DNA from: Sminthopsis crassicaudata
Taxonomy: Eukaryota
NCBI RefSeq assembly: GCF_048593235.1
Contig: NC_133620.1
Location: 355,289,261-355,353,260 of the forward strand
Direction: 5' to 3'
DNA length: 64,000 nt
Positions 25,390 to 35,557 of this stretch are shown here, one piece after another. Each line of letters begins with the position of its first letter. Positions within the stretch are counted from its first letter, which is position 1. The notes beneath the pieces were generated by a model. That model was not told where the DNA came from. It searched no databases and saw only the letters and a program-made list of their open reading frames with translations. The position numbers and the translations under genes were made by a program.

Positions 25390-25650
25390 TTTTTTGTTGT
25401 TGTTTGCTTGCTTTTTTCCTTTCTCATTTTTTTTTTTACTTTTTGATCTGATTTTTCTTTTGCAACAGGATAAATGCAGAAAAATGTTTAGTAGAATTTC
25501 ACATATTTAACTTATATTGGATTACTTGCTGTCTAGGAGAGAGGGTGGGGAGAAGGAGAACATTTGGAACACAAGATTTTGCAAGGATAAATGTTTGAAA
25601 ACTACCTTTGTATGTTTTTTAAAAATAAAAAGCTATTAGTAAAAAATTAA
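25390..25650 (+). mobile_element. L1 3' UTR fragment, sense orientation
   Basis: gatctgatttttcttttgcaac...tattggattacttgctgtctagg...ttggaacacaag...aataaaaagctatta; same family as other copies in this window. Confidence 0.8.
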
Positions 25651-26286
25651 AATTTTAAAAAGAATAACTCTTAATAAAAAATAATAATTTGCCCAAGATC
25701 ATACAGTTTAAAAAGTATCTGAGGCTAGATTTGAACTCAGGTGCTCCTGATTCTAGGACCAGTGCTTTAGCCATTGTGCCAACTGGCTGCCCTGAGAATT
25801 AAAAAGTTTTTCAGTGAGATTTTCTTGACTCTTATTTTTATTTTTCTTGGGTGGAAAGGGAGGTTGGGGGGGGGGGAGAAACACCAGACTCTGATTTCAT
25901 TATAATTAGGAACTCCATGTTAAAGTGTTGTCTAGGCACTAAGAGATTAATTAAGATCATCCTACAGCTAGTATATGACAGAGACCAATTTCGAATTCTG
26001 GTCTTCTTCATTGAGGACTCAGTTCTTTATCCATTGTACCAAGAAGTATCCCAATAACTCCTTAGTTAAAACTCAGAGGAGGTGTAATGAGGAGACTTAA
26101 CTCCTCAGAGAGGCACTGGGGGAAGACTTATCCATGTCTTTTTGCAGAAGTTTGTGCCCCTCCTTGGGTTACTTTATTTTCTGGGGTCCAGTTTCCTCAT
26201 CCACAAAGGGAAATGACAGTTTAGTTTTATTTCTATTCTGATCCTATGCTCCATCTTCTCCTTTTCTCCATCTCTGGCACTTCCAG

Positions 26287-26438
26287 CCCGAGGAACTCAC
26301 CAATGCCCTGGAGATCAGCAACATTGTCTTTACCAGCCTCTTCGCCTTGGAGATGCTGCTGAAGCTGCTGGTGTACGGCCCCTTTGGCTACATAAAGAAC
26401 CCTTATAACATTTTTGATGGAGTCATTGTGGTCATTAG
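26287..26438 (+). CDS. CACNA1G: Exon 10: IIS2-IIS3, [51 protein letters not shown]
   Basis: Acceptor cacttccag|CCC, donor TAG|gtaagt; 152 nt, phase 0-2; follows the 20.7-kb intron 9. Confidence 0.98.
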
Positions 26439-26665
26439 GTAAGTCCTGCCTTCTCCCAACTGGTCTCCCGAGCAAGACTTGGGGAGGGAAGAGATCACCT
26501 TAAAAAGGAGTTAGCTGGGAAGAAGGCTGTGGCTCCTTCCTTTCAGCACCAAAGTTGGCCCAATGGGAGGCAGGATGGTTTGACAGATAAATCCTACTTC
26601 AAGTCAAGAAAGTGGGGTTCTAGTCCCTACTTTGTTTAGTATTGTGACCTTATAAGAGTGATTTC

Positions 26666-27280
26666 TTTTTTTTTTTTTTTTTTTTTTTTTATTTTTTTTT
26701 TTAATTCATTTTTCCAAATTACCCCCCCTCCCTTTATTCCCTCCCCACGACGACAGGCAATACCATACATTTTACATGTGTTACAATATAGTCTAAGTAC
26801 AATACATGTGTGTGAATATCATTTTCTTGTTGCACAATAAACATTAGAATCCGAAGGTACATGCAACCTGGGCAGACAGATATTAGTGCTAACAATTTAC
26901 ATTCCCCTCCCAGTGTTTCTTCTCTGGGTGTATCTACCTCTGTCCATCATTGATCAACTGGAAGTGAGTTGGATCTTCTTTATGTTGAAGATATCCACTT
27001 CCATCAGAATACATCCTCATACAGTATTGTTGTTGAAGTGTATAGTGATCTTCTGGTTCTGCTCATTTCACTCAGCATCAGTTGATTTAAGTCTCTCCAA
27101 CCCTCTCTGTATTCCTCCTGCCGGTCATTTCTTACTGAGCAATAATATTCCATAACCTTCATATACCACAATTTACCCAACCATTCTCCAACTGATGGAC
27201 ATCCATTCATCTTCCAGTTTCTAGCTACAACAAAAAGAGCTGCCACAAACATTTTGGCACATATATGTCTCTTTCCGCTC
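26666..27280 (-). mobile_element. Young 5'-truncated LINE-1 (ORF2 C-terminus, 3' UTR, poly-A), antisense to CACNA1G
   Basis: Perfect 15-bp TSD TATAAGAGTGATTTC at 26651-26665 and 27281-27295; T25 run at 26666-26690; minus-strand ORF 27004-27252 (MFVAALFVVARNWK...WLGKLWY) is typical L1 ORF2 C-terminus. Confidence 0.93.
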
Positions 27281-28364
27281 TATAAGAGTGATTTCATTTG
27301 AATCTGTACAATGCTGTGGTTGACTCCCATCTGGGACTATTTTATATTCTCCTCCTGTAAGTCTTGTCATTTAGTTTTTCTGGAGGAACGTCAGAGGGCT
27401 GCCATATCACCAACTATCAGTAATAGCTTCCTTTTCACTTCTGTCTTGTGCTTTACTCTTTCTTGGAAATCCCCCCTTTCTCTGTTTCTCTCCATTACTA
27501 CTTACAGTTCTGCATGCCAATCAACTAGCATTTATTTATTAAGTACCTACTATGTGCCAGGTACTGTGCTAAGTGCTGGAAATATAAAAAGGCAATAAAA
27601 AAAAAAAACAAAACCAAACAAAAACGCTCCCTATTCTCAAAAAGTTCATAGTTTAATGGGGAGAGACAACATGTAAAAAACTATGCAAATGATACAGACA
27701 GAATAGATTGGGGGTAATCTCAGAGGGAAGGCACAATAATTAAGGAGAATCATGAAGGGCTTTTTGCAGGATAGGACTTTAGCTGAGTCTTGAAGGAACC
27801 CAGAGAAGCTAGAAAGGGGATAACATTCCAGGCAATGTGTGTCCTAGAATACATCTCAGCTCCCTAGCTCCCTCACACCCCTTTCTGCCATCTTCCCTCC
27901 ATTCCAAGCCCTTCTGCCCATCCCACTCATTTGGGTTGGGGTGGAGGGGCATAGAATTAGGAGTAGATGGCTTTGGTGAAAAGTATTTTAGAAGCCCATT
28001 TTGTAAATTGCTTGGAAACCCTTGTGGGTGCTCCTAGGAACTCAGTTTGGGATTTCCATATCATTGCTCTACCCCGGCTCAGGCTTGGGGCCAGGAGAGA
28101 CAGCTTTATTACTTTTTTTCTGTTTGGCTTTAGATTTCATTAGAGGAGAACAAAGCAAATATTTCATAACCTGATGCTGTTCTATAGGCTTGATGGGAAG
28201 GATAGGGGGTTAGGAGGGGCAGAAGGAGTCCTGTTGGCTGCAATAATGGGGCCCTCTGCCTGGTAGAAGGATGAGAATAATCATAGGCATAGGACTGTTA
28301 TTTAGAATACCAGCATTTCTGAAGCACAGTTTGAAGGCAGAGATTATTTTAGCATCTCAATTTC

Positions 28365-28525
28365 TTTTTTTTTTCTTTTATTTTAATAGTATTTTATCCC
28401 TCCAAATACATGCAAAGACAGTTTTCAATATTCACCTTTGCAAAACCATGTGTTCCAAATTTTTTTCTCTCTTTTTCCTTCTCCCTCCTCCCCAAGAGAG
28501 CCAGCAATCTGATTCAAGTTAAATG
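28365..28525 (-). mobile_element. L1 3' UTR fragment
   Basis: ttttcaatattcacctttgcaaaaccatgtgttccaaatttttt matches the 62937 copy. Confidence 0.75.
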
Positions 28526-28847
28526 TCAGCACCTCAATTTCTTTGGGCTTCTGTGGACATTAATCCCCTCTCCCCCTTATGGATCAGAGAGAGCCCCTTC
28601 CACTAAGGAGAGAGAGAACACTTTGATCCCCATCCCAGGAGATGGGGGATGCCAGAAGAAACAGAAGAAAAATTAGAGATAAGTGGAGGGGGGAGAGGAA
28701 TAGGATAGAAAATAGGATAGGATAGTTCTAATCCAAACATACCCGCAGGGCAGTTTCCCTTAGGGTTCACCCAGGTTTGTTAAACAGGACCTAATGCTGT
28801 CCCTTCTTCTCCTTGATCTTGTTCCAAATTCCCTGTCTCTTACCCAG

Positions 28848-29033
28848 CGTGTGGGAGATTGTGGGCCAGCAAGGTGGAGGTCTGTCTGTACTTCGAACCT
28901 TCCGCTTGATGAGGGTGTTGAAACTCGTTCGTTTCCTGCCGGCGCTGCAGCGACAGTTGGTGGTCCTCATGAAGACCATGGATAATGTGGCTACTTTCTG
29001 CATGTTACTTATGCTCTTCATCTTCATCTTCAG
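28848..29033 (+). CDS. CACNA1G: Exon 11: IIS4 voltage sensor and IIS5
   Basis: Acceptor tacccag|C, donor CAG|gtgaga; 186 nt, phase 2-2; [62 protein letters not shown]. Confidence 0.98.
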
Positions 29034-29104
29034 GTGAGAAGGGAATCAGGGACCTAACCCTTTTTGTGCAGGATTCCAAATCAGGGTGCAACTGACTTAA
29101 ACAA

Positions 29105-29375
29105 TTTTTTTTTCAATTAACAAGCATTTATTTTTCTCTACCTAGCAACCCTCCTCCTTGTTCTGAGAAAGAAAAAAAATAAAAACAAAACACTTGTAAC
29201 AAATATGCACAGTCAAGCAAAACAAATTCCCACATAAGTTGTGTCTAAAAATGCATCTCATTCTGCATGCTGAGCCCATCACCTTTCTGTAAGAAGTTGG
29301 TAGCATGCCTCCTCATCTCTTTGGAATCATGGTGGTTGGTCATTGTGTTGATCAGAGTCCTTAAGTGTATTTTTT
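29105..29375 (-). mobile_element. Older marsupial L1 3' end fragment
   Basis: caagcatttatttttctct...ttgtaacaaatatgcacagtcaagcaaaacaaattccc..., characteristic older L1 3' end. Confidence 0.65.
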
Positions 29376-30442
29376 TCAAAGTAACTGGCCTTTTGGAAGC
29401 ACCTCAAACTGGGGCTTGGACCTTGAGTATTTTCCAGCTCTTTCTACACCAGAGAAATTCTTCACCTTTTCTGCACCATGGGCCCCTCTGGCAATCTGGT
29501 GAAACCTTTAAATATATAAAATACTTAGGATTACAAAGGAAGCTAATTATATTGAAATAGTTATCTCTATGTATTTTCAAAAGCTCTCATACCCCAGGTT
29601 AAGAATCTCAGCTCTAAGCTCTGAGGATTGAAGAATGGGGACGTGAAGCATCCTAGATTCTGGGGACAGGACTGGGTATCAAAAGGGAACGGTGGGGAGG
29701 CCTTGCATTAGCTTTTCCCTGTGGGAGCTGGCCGAGTTATTCCATTGCTTTACACGTTCCCTAAAGAAAAACTGGATGGAAGAGAAGCCAGCCACAGCCG
29801 ACATCTGGCATGGTCGCTGGCCCAGGGATTCTGTCGCTGGAGAGCAGGGATGCTTGACTTGACTCAGCGCAACTGAGGGTGGTAGAGTTCAGCATATGGG
29901 CTCCTGCTGGGAAGCTGCATGGGGGGAGGGGAAGGAGGCACACTGGGGGTTCCAAACATTCGCTGTTTTCCACCAATCTGCCAGGTCACAGACTCTTTCC
30001 CTCTCCATATCTTCCTTGCCTTTTTTTTTTTTTTTCCTCTTTCCCCATTATTCATATCTTCAAGCTTAGGATGGAACAACAGCACTCTGGGTAGTTGGAT
30101 CTCAGGTCAAGTTTGGAATCCCTGACTTAGAGAGGGCTGGAATGGGGTTTGCTTACCCACAGACACCTCTGCCCCCCTGTGCCCAAAGGAAACAACCCAG
30201 AGCCACGCAGGGTTACCTTATTGTATCTCCCTCTGCCTCCCCTATCTGGAAAGTAGAATGTTGGAGAAATCTGTTGTCTGGGACTGCGGAAAAGTAACAT
30301 TAAGTATGTACCTGGTGATTTCACCAGGTACCTAAAGTGAGGAGGAGAAGAAAGCAACAGGGTCTGGCTCCCACCTGCCAGGGGAAGGGAAGAGGGAGCA
30401 GAAAACTGCGTGCTTTACCTTCCCTCCCCCTTTTATGTTTAG

Positions 30443-30557
30443 TATCCTGGGCATGCATCTCTTCGGCTGCAAGTTTGCATCTGAGAGAGATGGGGACACG
30501 CTGCCTGATCGGAAGAATTTTGACTCCCTGCTTTGGGCCATTGTTACCGTCTTCCAG
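30443..30557 (+). CDS. CACNA1G: Exon 12: domain II S5-P loop, [38 protein letters not shown]
   Basis: Acceptor atgtttag|T, donor CAG|gtatat; 115 nt, phase 2-0. Confidence 0.97.
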
Positions 30558-30884
30558 GTATATGAGTCAACTGGACTTTGTGGGTGGGTCCTTATCCTAA
30601 AATCCCGAGGATAGATGGAGAGGAAAGGCTGCTGGAAATTGGGATGTTTTCTAGCTGTGTGACTCCGGGCAAATCAAGTAACCTCTCTGGGTCTCAATTT
30701 CCTCATTTGTAAAACGGAGCTAATAATAGCACCTAACTCCCAGAATTGCAAGGATCAAGTGAGACTACATATGTATAGTATATAATAGAGTATAGAGACC
30801 ACATGTGTGTAGAGTAAAACTCAAAGCCCCTATAAATGTAAGCTATTGTCATCTTAATTCCCTAACCTCTGATCTCTGTGGCAG

Positions 30885-31040
30885 ATCCTGACTCAGGAGG
30901 ATTGGAACAAGGTCCTCTATAATGGCATGGCTTCTACGTCCTCCTGGGCAGCTCTCTACTTCATTGCTTTGATGACTTTTGGCAACTATGTCCTCTTCAA
31001 TCTCCTCGTGGCTATCCTGGTGGAGGGCTTCCAGACCGAG
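30885..31040 (+). CDS. CACNA1G: Exon 13: domain II pore loop and IIS6, [14 protein letters not shown]...[15 protein letters not shown]
   Basis: Acceptor tgtggcag|ATC, donor GAG|gtaacc; 156 nt, phase 0-0. Confidence 0.98.
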
Positions 31041-31659
31041 GTAACCCACCTAAACACTGCCACCCTGTCCCCTTGAGAACAAAATGATCCATCACTAGAA
31101 ATACCACCCCTTAGAATGAAGCGACCCAGCACTCCTGTTGTACTGTTGCTCAGCTTCCAGACCAAAATACTTTCTACTCTAGGTTCTCTTCTAGATGGAT
31201 GTAATCCATAAGGATTCTTTTTTCCTGGTTCTCTTATCTCTTCCAGACAGAAGTCACTTCTCTCCCCTAAGACCCTCCAACTCTTACCACTAGAGCTAAG
31301 TCACCCCTCTATAAAGTGTTGTGCAGCCCACCCGCCCACTTTCAGAGGGAGCAATTGGCAGCCCCTTCTGGCCCCAAGTAGTCCCTCCCATCCCCCATCC
31401 CCCACCCCCAGAAAGGGAGGTCGCTAGGGGAGATTAGAAGAAGGTTTTGAGGAAGGGTGCGTGGGGGGAGGACTGGAGGGTTCTTGGAAGCAGCTTATCC
31501 TGAGTCATTCTGGAGAAATGCTGGAGGGGGGGGTGGTGTGTGGCATTTCAGTTGTTAGAGGATGGAGTGGAATGGGACACCTCCCTATCAAGTCAGTTAG
31601 TCACTTCTCAGGATGATAAACTAAAAGTTGAGTTGGAAATAGAAGATCTCTCAGGTCCT

Positions 31660-33300
31660 TCCGGCTCATTCGTCCATCCAGGGTCATAGGCCATTGCCAC
31701 TGTCTCTCCTCAGAGCCACTTCTGGGTGCGAACAGTTTAGGTTGCGCGTTTCCCGCCCCCCCCACAAACACCCTATTTTCTTTGAGAAATCTTTCGGGGA
31801 GCAGGATGACAACATGATGTCTTCATATAGTGTCCGACCACCCCCAGAACAAAAAAGGGCTCTTCAGGTCCCTGTGGTTCCTCCTCCTTCTCTCCAGTCG
31901 TGCCTCAGAGACCTCGGTCTCGAGACTGGAGGGAGGTGGACACATTGAAAAATGAGCCTAGTTAGCGACCTCTAAAAAGGAGACGAGCCGTCTATTTCCA
32001 GATCACGCCTCCGTCGTCACAGGCCCCGTCATCGATTAATATTGATTAACATCGATCCAGCCTTAGCCGAGCCCGGGAAGTCTGGTCCAGCCTCTTTCTG
32101 AAGTCCCCCCAGCCTCCCCCGCAAGGCCACGCCTCCGCCCTCATTTCTCTTCTCCTGCCTAGGTCTTTCCTCCCTCCCCCTCCCTCCCTTCCTGCAGCTC
32201 CTTTATCGGGGTCCCGCTGGGCGCCTGGAAAAACCTCCTGGTTGGGCGTCGAAAAGCTGTCGGGCCAATTCTTTCCCGGTGACCGGGATGGAAACTCCCG
32301 CAGCGGCCCCGGCTATAAATACCCGGCGGGGTGGGAGGGGATGGTAGCGTAGCGATGGCTGTGTGTGGCGGGGGGAGAATCTGTTTTCCTTCCCCGGGTC
32401 CCCAGAACCTTGGGGAGGCCGGTTCTCCGCAGGAGAGTGGGGGACACAGAGAGGATGAGCTGAGTCTGAGCATGGCCGGGGCCCCGGAGGGGGCTGCGTC
32501 TGCTGCGCTCCCGCGCGATTGCCCCTCCGCACCTTGGACAGCTATCCATCTTTCTGACCCAGAAGAACGGCTGCTGGGGGCAGGGGTGGGGGGAAGAAGG
32601 GCGTCCAGAAGAGGAGGCTGGCCGGGAGCCAAAGCTTCTTTAACTAGTGAGCAGCCTTGTCCTGGCTCCGACCCAGCGGGCTTTTGCTCCTTCGCGGAGG
32701 GGAGTTTGAGGGGGAGTTACTGTTTTGATTCTTCCGGGCAGGAAAGGGTTAAAGCCCTTGCGCGGGTGCACGAACTTTGCATTTGGTGGGCGCTATGTAC
32801 TTTATGATGTGATTTGGACGGCATTCACGCCGTCCTTCCTCCTCTCTCTCTTTACAAGCACAGAGTGCCTGGAGTTTCTCCTTCCCGGGCCGTGGGGGGT
32901 GGCTAGAAAGAGGGGGGACATTTCCATCTTCGCAGTCTGGGACCCGCCACTTCCCGGAAGCCAGAATTCCAGACAAGCACCAGAGTCTAGGGCTCCCCAT
33001 CTAACGAGGAGAAAATAGGGAACTGGCCTGCACTCTCCTCAGACTCCCGCGCTCTCTCAGTGATATCGCCTGGATACCCGAAGTTTAGAGCCAGCTGTAG
33101 CCCCTCTCCGGGCTGCGCCGGTCACTGACTCCTAGAGCAGCCACCCCCGCAGAAGAGGCCTCTCCCGCTCCCCGCCCCCTCTGCCCCTTTCAGCAAACAC
33201 CTTGTTAATTTGAGTGCAGCTGTGCTGGGCTCCTGGTTGCTAAGCAGCAGCGAGTGAGAGGATAGAGAGCCGGCTGGGGCTCCTCATACCTTGGGGTGGG
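31660..33300. promoter_or_regulatory. Intragenic CpG island with promoter-like motifs, intron 13
   Basis: Counted 19 CpG in 32281-32520; TATAAAT at 32314-32320; GC boxes; ATCGAT/ATTGAT/ATCGAT at 32031/32041/32051; TTCCCGGAA at 32951. Confidence 0.75.
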
Positions 33301-34297
33301 ATGACCCTGGTCCTGTCGGGTGGATGGAGCGCCATCTAGATCTTCAGTTTGGCAATTGGGGGGGGTCTACTGTATGTGTCCTACTCCAGCAGGGGGAAGA
33401 GGGAGTAGCCATCTATAGGACCATAGTTAGCTAAGCCAGTCCAGAAGGCGGCCTTGGTATAGGGGATGGGGAAATTTACTGAATTCTGGATTTACTGAAA
33501 AAAGGACAGGGTATCCTACAACCGTGATCTTCTAGATTCTACAATCTAGAATTTGAGAAGTCTTGTTCCTCCCCCCCCAAGTCACCCTGAAAAGTCCCCA
33601 ATGTCCAGACTGTCTCTCTGGGAGAGAGACTTTGCACCAAGGCTCTTAGTGGTATTTTCACTCCCAATCAGAGGAGTCTTAGATCTCACCCTATTTACTT
33701 TTCCTATGAATTAAGCAAATTCACAGGTTGCAAATTCAGGTGATGAGAAGAATTCCTGAGCAAATCTCCCTCTCCCACTACCGTGTTTGGGGCCTGCCTT
33801 ATGCCTGGACAAGGCAATATCCATTTCCCAACGTTGGGAGTTAGGTTTAGGACCTGTTAGTATAGTGGAAAGAGTCCTGAATGAATAGAAAAAATCCAGA
33901 TTCACCTCCTACTTCTGGGTCTTTGTTATATGAAAGATTCTTAACTTTTTTTTCCCCCACTGGCCTCTTTGGCAGTTTGGGAAAGTCTATGGAGACCCTC
34001 TCACAATTAGTTTTATATGTATAAAATAAATTACAATGGAAACCATTTATTTTGAAACATGGTGGTCAAAATGATCAGAGGTTAAGAACCCCTGAACTAG
34101 ATGGCCTCTGAGATCCCAATCCAGTCCGTACACTTTTCACAACTCTGAGATTTGAGGTTAGGAACAGAAGCATCTACACAGCTTCAACCTTCTTCCTCCT
34201 ACTCTGGCATTTTTTTATATGAACAGTGAAGGTTAAGCAACATCATTGAGACTGGGATGTCATTCATCTCAGTTCTGTTTCTCTTTCAGAAGAAAAT

Positions 34298-34413
34298 GGT
34301 GGAATAGATAGTGTACCCACTCTGGAGTTAGGAGGACTGGAGCTCAAAACTGGCTTCAGATAAGCAGTATCACCCCCAGCAAGTCACTTAACCCCAATTG
34401 CTTCCAAAAAAAA
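34298..34413 (+). mobile_element. WSINE-type SINE
   Basis: ggagttaggaggactggagctcaaa...gcaagtcacttaaccccaattgcttccaaaaaaaaa. Confidence 0.7.
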
Positions 34414-34852
34414 ATAGAAAGAAAAAGAAAGAAAATGGTTTTTAGATCCTAAGTTTCCATTAAAAAAAAAAAAAAAAAACCTTAGCAGCAAAGATCTGAG
34501 AACCCGCTTCCCAATCACCATTTTTGTGGGTTAAATTAGAAACGGCCTCCTTGAAGGGAAGGAAGTACTCAAGTTGTGTCCTACCTTGGGAGAGCTTTGG
34601 CTGAACAAATTTGTCTGGTCAGTCAGAGGCACCCACATCCCAGCGCTATGTATTACTCCTGTACATAGGTTCATTAAATGTTCAAGTTGAAGGCCTGTTA
34701 TGAAACCATTATTTGCAATGAAGGGATGTTATTACCATGTCATTTTGTCACATTCCCTCTCAATGGGGTCACTTTGACAGACCCCTCGCTTTGAAGCAAC
34801 TTAGTTCAAGGATATGAGACAAAAAGCGTCTTTTTAGCCTGAGTCTCTCTCA

Positions 34853-34854
<2 letters not shown>

Positions 34855-34904
<50 letters not shown>
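34855..34904. repeat. (AC)25
   Basis: Read directly; about 585 nt upstream of alternative exon 14. Confidence 0.95.
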
Positions 34905-34906
<2 letters not shown>

Positions 34907-35488
34907 CTTTCCCAATTCCTTGCCTCCGAGGGGAGCCAGGAGAGCAGGGTCCTAGTCCTGGCTTTGTCACTGTTGGGGTGATGTTGGATAAATCATTTTA
35001 TTTCTTCATATTTCTCATCAGCAAAATGAAAGGATGAGACTAAATCATAGATTTGGAGCTGAATGTAACTTTGGAAGCCATTTTATACACGGGGCATGGA
35101 GACCCAAAGGAGCAGTAGAAATGGGATTTTAACCAACAAGAGGATTTTTTTAAAGTCCCTTTTCTGGTTAACATCCATAATTCTCCTTTGACCGCTATCT
35201 TCCTATCTTTTGTCCTTGACTCATTGGTCTCTACTTCTGTCCTTGCCCTCACTTTCATGGCCCTACCTCTGACTCCTTCACCTTCCTTTAACCCAGAAAC
35301 CTGAGGGGGCTTTTATCCTGAACCCTGGTATGATCTTCCCCACCACACACATGCCCCTGAATGTCTCTCATCTCTCCCTTTGCTGGAGGCGATTTCTCTT
35401 CCTTACTATCCATTCTCAATTTGGCTATTTGAAATCCTGTGCAACTGTGACCAGTGCCCACCCTGCCTCCCCCTCCCTCTCCCTGTAG

Positions 35489-35557
35489 GAAATCAGCAAA
35501 CGGGAAGATGCAGGTGGACAGTTAAGCTGTATTCAGCTGCCTGTCGACTCCTTAGGG
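35489..35557 (+). CDS. CACNA1G: Exon 14 (alternative cassette, II-III linker), EISKREDAGGQLSCIQLPVDSLG
   Basis: Pyrimidine tract then ctgtag|GAA; donor GGG|gtaggt; 69 nt, phase 0-0. Matches the 23-aa alternative exon 14 of mammalian Cav3.1. Not in the ORF track. Confidence 0.95.

Noticed and set aside
26542-26551. RE1 left half-site TTCAGCACCA after exon 10
   Set aside because: No GGACAG right half at canonical or extended spacing.
30558-30566. Donor GTATATGAG as a U12-type intron; also ATATCCTTA at 36426
   Set aside because: The first lacks the RTATCCTT consensus; the second is not at an exon boundary. All traced introns fit U2-type GT-AG.
32331-32807. 158-aa ORF (111 aa from the Kozak ATG at 32472) in the intron 13 island, as a standalone protein
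   Set aside because: No homology recognised and GC-driven composition. Kept only as part of the internal-promoter hypothesis; the candidate donor is phase 1, so it would not fuse in frame to exon 14/15.
33386-33399. CTCF-like CCAGCAGGGGGAAG (and CCAGCAGATGGGG at 54963)
   Set aside because: Both miss the conserved GGC/GGCR core position; not supportable without ChIP data.
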